A DNA stretch of 64,000 nucleotides, from NCBI GenBank assembly GCA_964016885.1, contig OZ024742.1:166222001-166286000 (forward strand), given 5' to 3'. Positions 52,290 through 63,900 of the stretch are shown here, in pieces; positions within the stretch are counted from its first letter, which is position 1; each line of letters opens with the position of its first letter. The translations under genes were made by a program, and so were the position numbers. Source of the stretch: Eledone cirrhosa (taxonomy: Eukaryota). The notes below the pieces were generated by a model, which was not told where the DNA came from, did no database searches, and worked only from the letters and a program-made list of their open reading frames with translations.

Positions 52290-55200
52290 TCAGGGGTAGA
52301 TAATTTGTAAAAAAAAATCAGGGGGAGATAATTTGTAAAAAAAAATCAGGGGGAGATAATTTCTAAAAAAATCAAGGGGAGATAATATGCAGCCGTCCAA
52401 GGGGAGATAATTTTCAGCCGTCCAAGGAGAGGTAATTTCTAGCCGTCCAAGGGGAGATAATTTCCAGCCGTCCAAGGGGAGATAATTTCCAGCCGTCCAA
52501 GGGGAGATAGTTTTTTTAAAAAAATCAGGCGGAGATAATTTGTAAAAAAAAAATCAGGGGGAGATAATTTGTAAAAAAAAATCAGGGGGAGATAATTTGT
52601 AAAAAAAAATCAGGGGGAGATAATTTGTAAAAAAAATCAGGGGGAGATAATTAGTAAAAAAAATCAAGGGGAGATAATTTCCAGCCGTCCAAGGGGAGGT
52701 AATATCTAGCCGTCCAAGGGGAGATAATTTCCAGCCGTCCAAGGGGAGATAATTTCCAGCCGTCCAAGGGTAGATAATATCCAGCCGTCCAAGTAGACAT
52801 ATTTTCCAGCCGTCCAAGGAGAGGTAATTTCTAGCCGTCCAAGGGGAGATAAATTCCAGCCTCCAAGGGGAGATAATTTCCAGCCAGCCAAGGGGAGATA
52901 ATTTGTAAAAAAATCAGGGGGAGATAATTTGTAAAAAAAATCAGGGGGAGATAATTTGTAAAAAAAAATCAGGGGGAGATAATTTGTAAAAAAAAATCAG
53001 GGGGAGATAATTTGTAAAAAAAATCAAGGGGAGATAATTTGTAAAAAAAAATCAGGGGGAGATAATTTGTAAAAAAAAATCAGGGGGAGATAATTTGTAA
53101 AAAAAAATCAGGGGGAGATAATTTGTAAAAAAAATCAAGGGGAGATAATTTCCAGCCGTCCAAGGAGAGATAATTTAAAAAAAAAATCAGGCGGAGATAA
53201 TTTGTAAAAAAAAATCAGGGGGAGATAATTTGTAAAAAAAAATCAGGGGGAGATAATTTGTAAAAAAAATCAAGGGGAGATAATTTCCAGCCGTCCAAGG
53301 GGAGATAATTTCCAGCCGTCCAAGGGGAGATAATTTTTTTAAAAAAATCAGGCGGAGATAATTTGTAAAAAAAATCAGGGGGAGATAATTTGTAAAAAAA
53401 AATCAGGGGGAGATAATTTGTAAAAAAAAATCAGGGGGAGATAATTTCCAGCCGTCCAAGGTAAGATAATTTCCAGCCCTCCAAGGGGCTATAATTTCCA
53501 GCCGTCCAAGGGTAGATAATATCCAGCCGTCCAAGTAGACATATTTTCCAGCCGTCCAAGGAGAGGTAATTTCTAGCCGTCCAAGGGGAGATAAATTCCA
53601 GCCTCCAAGGGGAGATAATTTCCAGCCAGCCAAGGGGAGATAATTTGTAAAAAAATCAGGGGGAGATAATTTGTAAAAAAAATCAGGGGGAGATAATTTG
53701 TAAAAAAAAATCAGGGGGAGATAATTTGTAAAAAAAAATCAGGGGGAGATAATTTGTAAAAAAAAATCAGGGGGAGATAATTTGTAAAAAAAATCAAGGG
53801 GAGATAATTTCCAGCCGTCCAAGGGGAGATAATTTTCAGCCGTCCAAGGGGAGATAATTTCCAGCCGTCCAAGGGGAGATAATTTCCATCCTTCCAAGGG
53901 GAGATAATTTCCAGCCGTCCAAGGGGAGATAATTTTCAGCCGTCCAAGGGGAGATAATTTCCCGCCAGCCAAGGGAAGATAATATTTTAAAAAATCAGGC
54001 GGAGATAATTTGTAAAAAAAATCAGGGGGAGATAATTTGTAAAAAAATCAGGGGGAGATAATTTGTAAAAAAAAAATCAGGGGGAGATAATTTGTAAAAA
54101 AAATCAGGGGGAGATAATTTGTAAAAAAAAATCAGGGGTAGATAATTTGTAAAAAAAAATCAGGGGGAGATAATTTGTAAAAAAAATCAGGGGGAGATAA
54201 TTTGTAAAAAAAATCAGGGGGAGATAATTTGTAAAAAAAAATCAGGGGGAGATAATTTGTAAAAAAAAATCAGGGGTAGATAATTTGTAAAAAAAAATCA
54301 GGGGGAGATAATTTGTAAAAAAAAATCAGGGGGAGATAATTTGTAAAAAAAATCAGGGGGAGATAATTTGTAAAAAAAAATCAGGGGGAGATAATTTCCG
54401 GCCGTCCAAGGGGAGATAATTTTCAGCCGTCCAAGGGGAGATAATTTCCCGCCAGCCAAGGGAAGATAATATTTAAAAAAATCAGGCGGAGATAATTTGT
54501 AAAAAAAATCAGGGGGAGATAATTTGTAAAAAAATCAGGGGGAGATAATTTGTAAAAAAAATCAAGGGGAGATAATTTCCAGCCGTCCAAGGGGAGGTAA
54601 TATCTAGCCGTCCAAGGGGAGATAATTTCCAGCCGTCCAAGAGGAGATAATTTCCAGCCGTCCAAGGGTAGATAATATCCAGCCGTCCAAGGAGACATAT
54701 TTTCCAGCCGTCCAAGGAGAGGTAATTTCTAGCCGTCCAAGGGGAGATAAATTCCAGCCTCCAAGGGGAGATAATTTCCAGCCAGCCAAGGGGAGATAAT
54801 TTGTAAAAAAAATCAGGGGGAGATAATTTGTAAAAAAAATCAGGGGGAGATAATTTGTAAAAAAATCAGGGGGAGATAATTTGTAAAAAAAAAATCAGGG
54901 GGAGATAATTTGTAAAAAAAATCAGGGGGAGATGATTTGTAAAAAAAAATCAGGGGTAGATAATTTGTAAAAAAAAATCAGAGGGTGATAATTTGTAAAA
55001 AAAAATCAGGGGGAGATAATTTGTAAAAAAAATCAAGGGGAGATAATTTCCAGCCGTCGAAGGGAAGATAATTTCCAGCCCTCCAAGGGGCTATAATTTC
55101 CAGCGTCCAAGGGGAGATAATTTCCAGCCGTCCAAGGGGAGATAATTTCCAGCCGTCCAAGGGTAGATAATATCCAGCCGTCCAAGTAGACATTTTCCAG

Positions 55201-56578
55201 CCGTCCAAGGAGAGGTAATTTCTAGCCGTCCAAGGGGAGATAAATTCCAGCCTCCAAGGGGAGATAATTTCCAGCCAGCCAAGGGGAGATAATTTGTAAA
55301 AAAATCAGGGGGAGATAATTTGTAAAAAAAATCAGGGGGAGATAATTTGTAAAAAAAAATCAGGGGGAGATAATTTGTAAAAAAAATCAGGGGGAGATAA
55401 TTTGTAAAAAAAATCAGGGGGAGATAATTTGTAAAAAAATCAAGGGGAGATAATTTCCAGCCGTCCAAGGGGAGATAATTTTCAGCCGTCCAAGGGGAGA
55501 TAATTTCCAGCCGTCCAAGGGGAGATAATTTCCATCCTTCCAAGGGGAGATAATTTCCAGCCGTCCAAGGGGAGATAATTTTCAGCCGTCCAAGGGGAGA
55601 TAATTTCCCGCCAGCCAAGGGAAGATAATATTTTAAAAAATCAGGCGGAGATAATTTGTAAAAAAAATCAGGGGGAGATAATTTGTAAAAAAATCAGGGG
55701 GAGATAATTTGTAAAAAAAAATCAGGGGGAGATAATTTGTAAAAAAAATCAGTGGGAGATAATTTGTAAAAAAAAATCAGGGGTAGATAATTTTTAAAAA
55801 AAAATCAGGGGGAGATAATTTGTAAAAAAAAAATCAGGGGGAGATAATTTGTAAAAAAAATCAAGGGGAGATAATTTCCAGCCGTCCAAGGAGAGATAAT
55901 TTTTAAAAAAAATCAGGCGGAGATAATTTGTAAAAAAAAATCAAGGGGAGATAATTTGTAAAAAAAATCAAGGGGAGATAATTTCCAGCCGTCCAAGGGA
56001 AGATAATTTCCAGCACTCCAAGGGGCTATAATTTCCAGTGTCCAAGGGGAGATAATTTCCAGCCAGCGAAGGGGAGATAATTTTTTTAAAAAAATCAGGG
56101 GGAGATATGTAAAAAAAATCAGAGGGAGATAATTTCTAAAAAAAATCAAAGGGAGATAATTTCCAGCCGTCCAAAGAGAGATAATTTCTAGCCGTCCAAG
56201 GGGAGATAATTTCCAGCCAAGGGGAGATAATTTCCAGCCGTCCAAGGGGAGATAATTATTTAAAAAATCAGGTGGAGATAATTTGTAAAAAAAATCAGGG
56301 GGAGATAATTTGTAAAAACAAAATCAAGGGCAGATAATTTCCAGCTGTCCAAGGGGAGATAATTTCCAGCCGTGCAAGGGGAGATAATTTCCAGCCGTCC
56401 AAGGGGAGATAATTTCCATCCTTCCAAGGGGAGATAATGTCCAGCCGTCCAAGGGGAGATAATTTCCCGCCAGCCAAGGTAAGATAATTTTTAAAAAAAT
56501 CAGGCGGAGATTGTAAAAAAAATCAGGGGGAGATAATTTGTAAAAAAAAAATCAGGGGGAGATAATTTGTAAAAAAAA
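52290..56578 (+). repeat. HOR family I unit (4289 bp)
   Basis: Markers at 52290 and 56579. Variant order is the same as in 63-4354 and 26572-30890. Confidence 0.87.
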
Positions 56579-59500
56579 TCAGGGGTAGATAATTTGTAAA
56601 AAAAAATCAGGGGGAGATAATTTGTAAAAAAAAATCAGGGGGAGATAATTTCTAAAAAAATCAAGGGGAGATAATATGCAGCCGTCCAAGGGGAGATAAT
56701 TTTCAGCCGTCCAAGGAGAGGTAATTTCTAGCCGTCCAAGGGGAGATAATTTCCAGCCGTCCAAGGGGAGATAATTTCCAGCCGTCCAAGGGGAGATAGT
56801 TTTTTTAAAAAAATCAGGCGGAGATAATTTGTAAAAAAAAAATCAGGGGGAGATAATTTGTAAAAAAAAATCAGGGGGAGATAATTTGTAAAAAAAAATC
56901 AGGGGGAGATAATTTGTAAAAAAAATCAGGGGGAGATAATTAGTAAAAAAAATCAAGGGGAGATAATTTCCAGCCGTCCAAGGGGAGGTAATATCTAGCC
57001 GTCCAAGGGGAGATAATTTCCAGCCGTCCAAGGGGAGATAATTTCCAGCCGTCCAAGGGTAGATAATATCCAGCCGTCCAAGTAGACATATTTTCCAGCC
57101 GTCCAAGGAGAGGTAATTTCTAGCCGTCCAAGGGGAGATAAATTCCAGCCTCCAAGGGGAGATAATTTCCAGCCAGCCAAGGGGAGATAATTTGTAAAAA
57201 AATCAGGGGGAGATAATTTGTAAAAAAAATCAGGGGGAGATAATTTGTAAAAAAAAATCAGGGGGAGATAATTTGTAAAAAAAAATCAGGGGGAGATAAT
57301 TTGTAAAAAAAATCAGGGGGAGATAATTTGTAAAAAAAAATCAGGGGGAGATAATTTGTAAAAAAAAATCAGGGGGAGATAATTTGTAAAAAAAAATCAG
57401 GGGGAGATAATTTGTAAAAAAAATCAGGGGGAGATAATTTGTAAAAACAAATCAAGGGGAGATAATTTCCAGCCGTCCAAGGGGAGATAATTTTCAGCCG
57501 CCCAAGGGGAGATAATTTCCCGCCAGCCAAGGGAAGATAATATTTAAAAAATCAGGCGGAGATAATTTGTAAAAAAAATCAGGGGGAGATAATTTGTAAA
57601 AAAATCAGGGGGAGATAATTTGTAAAAAAAAAATCAGGGGGAGATAATTTGTAAAAAAAATCAGGGGGAGATGATTTGTAAAAAAAATCAGGGGTAGATA
57701 ATTTGTAAAAAAAAATCAGGGGGAGATAATTTGTAAAAAAAAATCAGGGGGAGATAATTTGTAAAAAAAATCAAGAGGAGATAATTTCCAGCCGTCCAAG
57801 GGGAGATAATTTTCAGCCGTCCAAGGGGAGATAATTTCCAGCCGTCCAAGGGGAGATAATTTCCATCCTTCCAAGGGGAGATAATTTCCAGCCGTCCAAG
57901 GGGAGATAATTTCCCGCCAACCAAGGGAAGATAATTTTTAAAAAAATCAGGCGGAGATTGTAAAAAAAATCAGGGGGAGATAATTTGTAAAAAAATCAGG
58001 GGGAGATAATTTGTAAAAAAAAAATCAGGGGGAGATAATTTGTAAAAGAAATCAGGGGGAGATAATTTGTAAAAAAAAATCAAGGGGAGATAATTTGTAC
58101 AAAAAATCAGGGGTATATAATTTGTAAAAAAAAATCAGGGGGAGATAATTTGTAAAAAAAAATCAGGGGGAGATAATTTGTAAAAAAAATCAAGGGGAGA
58201 TAATTTGCAGCCGTCCAAGGGGAGATAATTTTCAGCCGTCCAAGGAGAGGTAATTTCTAGCCGTCCAAGGTGAGATAATATCCAGCCGTCCAAGGGGAGA
58301 TAATTTCCAGCCGTCCAAGGGGAGATAATTTAAAAAAAAAAACAGGCGAAGATAATTTGTAAAAAAAAAATCAGGGGGAGATAATTTGTAAAAAAAAATC
58401 AGGGGGAGATAATTTGTAAAAAAAATCAGGGGGAGGTAATTTGTAAAAAAAATCAAGGGGAGATAATTTCCAGCCGTCCAAGGGAAGATAATTTCCAGCC
58501 CTCCAAGGGGCTATAATTTCCAGCGTCCAAGGGGAGATAATTTCCAGCCAGCGAAGGGGAGATAATTTTTTTTTTTTTAAATCAGGGGGACATAATTTGT
58601 AAAAAAAATCAAGGGGAGATAATTTGTAAAAAAAAATCAGGGGGAGATAATTTGTAAAAAAAAATCAGGGGGAGATAATTTGTAAAAAAAATTAAGGGGA
58701 GATAATTTGTAAAAAAAAATCAAGGGGAGATAATTTCCAGCCGTCCAAGGAGAGGTAATTTCTAGACGTCCAAGGGGAGATAATTTCCAGCCGTCCAAGG
58801 GGAGATAATTTCCAGCCGTCCAAGGGTAGATAATATCCAGCCGTCCAAGGAGACATATTTTCCAGCTTTCCAAGGAGAGGTAATTTCTAGCCGTCCAAGG
58901 GGAGATAAATTCCAGCCTCCAAGGGGAGATAATTTCCAGCCAGCCAAGGGGAGATAATTTGTAAAAAAAATCAGGGGGAGATAATTTGTAAAAAAAATCA
59001 GGGGGAGATAATTTGTAAAAAAAATCAGGGGGAGATAATTTCCAGCCGTCCAAGGGGAGATAATTTTCAGCCGTCCAAGGGGAGATAATTTCCCGCCAGC
59101 CAAGGGAAGATAATATTTAAAAAATGAGGCGGAGATAATTTGTAAAAAAAATCAGGGGGAGATAATTTGTAAAAAAATCAGGGGGAGATAATTTGTAAAA
59201 AAAAAATCAGGGGGAGATAATTTGTAAAAAAAATCAGGGGGAGATAATTTGTAAAAAAAAATCAGGGGTAGATAATTTGTAAAAAAAAATCAGGGGGAGA
59301 TAATTTGTAAAAAAAATCAGGGGGAGATAATTTATAAAAAAAATCAAGGGGAGATAATTTCCAGCCGTCCAAGGGAAGATAATTTCAAGCCCTCCAAGGG
59401 GCTATAATTTCCAGTGTCCAAGGGGAGATAATTTCCAGCCAGCGAAGGGGAGATAATTTTTTTTTAAAAATCAGGGGGAGATTTGTAAAAAAAATCAGGG

Positions 59501-60936
59501 GGAGATAATTTGTCAAAAAAATCAAAGGGAGATAATTTCCAGCCGTCCAAAGAGATAATTTCTAGCCGTCCAAGGGGAGATAATTTCGAGCCAAGGGGAG
59601 ATAATTTCCAGCCGTCCAAGGGGAGATAATTTTTTAAAAAATCAGGTGGAGATAATTTGTAAAAAAAATCAGGGGGAGATAATTTGTAAAAACAAAATCA
59701 AGGGGAGATAATTTCCAGCTGTCCAAGGGGAGATAATTTCCAGCCGTGCAAGGGGAGATAATTTCCAGCCGTCCAAGGGGAGATAATTTCCATCCTTCCA
59801 AGGGGAGATAATTTCCAGCCGTCCAAGGGGAGATAATTTCCCGCCAGCCAAGGGAAGATAATTTTTTAAAAAATCAGGCGGAGATTGTAAAAAAAATCAG
59901 GGGGAGATAATTTGTAAAAAAATCAGGGGGAGATAATTTGTAAAAAAATCAAGGGGAGATAATTTCCAGCTGTCCAAGGGGAGGTAATATCTAGCCGTCC
60001 AAGGGGAGATAATTTCCAGCCGTCCAAGGGGAGATAATTTCCAGCCGTCCAAGGGTAGATAATATCCAGCCGTCCAAGGAGACATATTTTCCAGCCGTCC
60101 AAGGAGAGGTAATTTCTAGCCGTCCAAGTGGAGATAAATTCCAGCCTCCAAGGGGAGATAATTTCCAGCCAGCCAAGGGGAGATAATTTGTAAAAAAATC
60201 AGGGGGAGATAATTTGTAAAAAAAATCAGGGGGAGATAATTTGTAAAAAAAAATCAGGGGGAGATAATTTGTAAAAAAAATCAGGGGGAGATAATTTGTA
60301 AAAAAAATCAAGGGGAGATAATTTCCAGCCGTCCAAGGGGAGATAATTTTCAGCCGTCCAAGGGGAGATAATTTCCCGCCAGCCAAGGGAAGATAATATT
60401 TAAAAAATGAGGCGGAGATAATTTGTAAAAAAAAATCAGGGGTAGATAATTTGTAAAAAAAATCAGGGGGAGATAATTTGTAAAAAAAATCAAGGGGAGA
60501 TAATTTCCAGCCGTCCAAGGAGAGATAATTTTTAAAAAAAATCAGGCGGAGATAATTTGTAAAAAAAAAATCAGGGGGAGATAATTTGTAAAAAAAAATC
60601 AGGGGGAGATAATTTGTAAAAAAAATCAAGGGGAGATAATTTCCAGCCGTCCAAGGGGAGATAATTTTCAGCCGTCCAAGGGGAGATAATTTCCAGCCGT
60701 CCAAGGGGAGATAATTTAAAAAAAAAATCAGGCGGAGATAATTTGTAAAAAAAATCAAGGGGAGATAATTTGCAACCGTCCAAGGGGACATAATTTTCAG
60801 TCGTCCAAGGAGAGGTAATTTCTAGCCGTACAAGGGGAGATAATTTCCAGCCGTCCAAGGGGAGATAATTTCCAGCCGTCCAAGGGGAGATAATTTTTTT
60901 TTAAAAATCAGGCGGAGATAATTTGTAAAAAAAAAA
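56579..60936 (+). repeat. HOR family II unit (4358 bp)
   Basis: Family II marker series at +50273 to +50301 from 6306-10635. Confidence 0.85.
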
Positions 60937-63900
60937 TCAGGGGGAGATAATTTGTAAAAAAAAATCAGGGGGAGATAATTTGTAAAAAAAAATCAGGGGG
61001 AGATAATTTCTAAAAAAATCAAGGGGAGATAATATGCAGCCGTCCAAGGGGAGATAATTTTCAGCCGTCCAAGGAGAGGTAATTTCTAGCCGTCCAAGGG
61101 GAGATAATTTCCAGCCGTCCAAGGGGAGATAATTTCCAGCCGTCCAAGGGGAGATAGTTTTTTTAAAAAAATCAGGCGGAGATAATTTGTAAAAAAAAAA
61201 TCAGGGGGAGATAATTTGTAAAAAAAAATCAGGGGGAGATAATTTGTAAAAAAAAATCAGGGGGAGATAATTTGTAAAAAAAATCAGGGGGAGATAATTA
61301 GTAAAAAAAATCAAGGGGAGATAATTTCCAGCCGTCCAAGGGGAGGTAATATCTAGCCGTCCAAGGGGAGATAATTTCCAGCCGTCCAAGGGGAGATAAT
61401 TTCCAGCCGTCCAAGGGTAGATAATATCCAGCCGTCCAAGTAGACATATTTTCCAGCCGTCCAAGGAGAGGTAATTTCTAGCCGTCCAAGGGGAGATAAA
61501 TTCCAGCCTCCAAGGGGAGATAATTTCCAGCCAGCCAAGGGGAGATAATTTGTAAAAAAAATCAGGGGGAGATAATTTGTAAAAAAAATCAGGGGGAGAT
61601 AATTTGTAAAAAAAATCAGGGGGAGATAATTTCCAGCCGTCCAAGGGGAGATAATTTTCAGCCGTCCAAGGGGAGATAATTTCCCGCCAGCCAAGGGAAG
61701 ATAATATTTAAAAAATGAGGCGGAGATAATTTGTAAAATAAATCAGGGGGAGATAATTTGTAAAAAAATCAGGGGGAGATAATTTGTAAAAAAAAAATCA
61801 GGGGGAGATAATTTGTAAAAAAAATCAGGGGGAGATAATTTGTAAAAAAAAATCAGGGGTAGATAATTTTTAAAAAAAAATCAGGGGGAGATAATTTGTA
61901 AAAAAAATCAGGGGGAGATAATTTATAAAAAAAATCAAGGGGAGATAATTTCCAGCCGTCCAAGGGAAGATAATTTCAAGCCCTCCAAGGGGCTATAATT
62001 TCCAGTGTCCAAGGGGAGATAATTTCCAGCCAGCGAAGGGGAGATAATTTTTTTTTAAAAATCAGGGGGAGATTTGTAAAAAAAATCAGGGGGAGATAAT
62101 TTGTAAAAAAAATCAAAGGGAGATAATTTCCAGCCGTCCAAAGAGATAATTTCTAGCCGTCCAAGGGGAGATAATTTCGAGCCAAGGGGAGATAATTTCC
62201 AGCCGTCCAAGGGGAGATAATTTTTAAAAAAATCAGGTGGAGATAATTTGTAAAAAAAATCAGGGGGAGATAATTTGTAAAAACAAAATCAAGGGCAGAT
62301 AATTTCCAGCTGTCCAAGGGGAGATAATTTCCAGCCGTGCAAGGGGAGATAATTTCCAGCCGTCCAAGGGGAGATAATTTCCATCCTTCCAAGGGGAGAT
62401 AATTTCCAGCCGTCCAAGGGGAGATAATTTCCCGCCAGCCAAGGGAAGATAATTTTTTAAAAAATCAGGCGGAGATTGTAAAAAAAATCAGGGGGAGATA
62501 ATTTGTAAAAAAATCAGGGGGAGATAATTTGTAAAAAAATCAAGGGGAGATAATTTCCAGCTGTCCAAGGGGAGGTAATATCTAGCCGTCCAAGGGGAGA
62601 TAATTTCCAGCCGTCCAAGGGGAGATAATTTCCAGCCGTCCAAGGGTAGATAATATCCAGCCGTCCAAGGAGACATATTTTCCAGCCGTCCAAGGAGAGG
62701 TAATTTCTAGCCGTCCAAGTGGAGATAAATTCCAGCCTCCAAGGGGAGATAATTTCCAGCCAGCCAAGGGGAGATAATTTGTAAAAAAATCAGGGGGAGA
62801 TAATTTGTAAAAAAAATCAGGGGGAGATAATTTGTAAAAAAAAATCAGGGGGAGATAATTTGTAAAAAAAATCAGGGGGAGATAATTTGTAAAAAAAATC
62901 AAGGGGAGATAATTTCCAGCCGTCCAAGGGGAGATAATTTTCAGCCGTCCAAGGGGAGATAATTTCCCGCCAGCCAAGGGAAGATAATATTTAAAAAATG
63001 AGGCGGAGATAACTTGTAAAAAAAAATCAGGGGTAGATAATTTGTAAAAAAAATCAGGGGGAGATAATTTGTAAAAAAAATCAAGGGGAGATAATTTCCA
63101 GCCGTCCAAGGAGAGATAATTTTTAAAAAAAATCAGGCGGAGATAATTTGTAAAAAAAAAATCAGGGGGAGATAATTTGTAAAAAAAAATCAGGGGGAGA
63201 TAATTTGTAAAAAAAATCAAGGGGAGATAATTTCCAGCCGTCCAAGGGGAGATAATTTTCAGCCGTCCAAGGGGAGATAATTTCCAGCCGTCCAAGGGGA
63301 GATAATTTTAAAAAAAAATCAGGCGGAGATAATTTGTAAAAAAAATCAAGGGGAGATAATTTGCAACCGTCCAAGGGGACATAATTTTCAGTCGTCCAAG
63401 GAGAGGTAATTTCTAGCCGTACAAGGGGAGATAATTTCCAGCCGTCCAAGGGGAGATAATTTCCAGCCGTCCAAGGGGAGATAATTTTTTTTTAAAAATC
63501 AGGCGGAGATAATTTGTAAAAAAAAAATCAGGGGGAGATAATTTGTAAAAAAAAATCAGGGGGAGATAATTTGTAAAAAAAAATCAGGGGGAGATAATTT
63601 GTAAAAAAAATCAAGGGGAGATAATTTCCAGCCGTCCAAGGGAAGATAATTTCCAGCCCTCCAAGGGGCTATAATTTCCAGCGTCCAAGGGGAGATAATT
63701 TCCAGCCAGCGAAGGGGAGATAATTGTTTTAAAAAAATCATTGGGAGATTTGTAAAAAAAATCAGGGGGAGATAATTAATAAAAAAAATCAAGGGGAGAT
63801 AATTTCCAGCCGTCCAAGGGGAGGTAATATCTAGCCGTCCAAGGGGAGATAATTTCCAGCCGTCCAAGGGGAGATAATTTCCAGCCGTCCAAGGGTAGAT

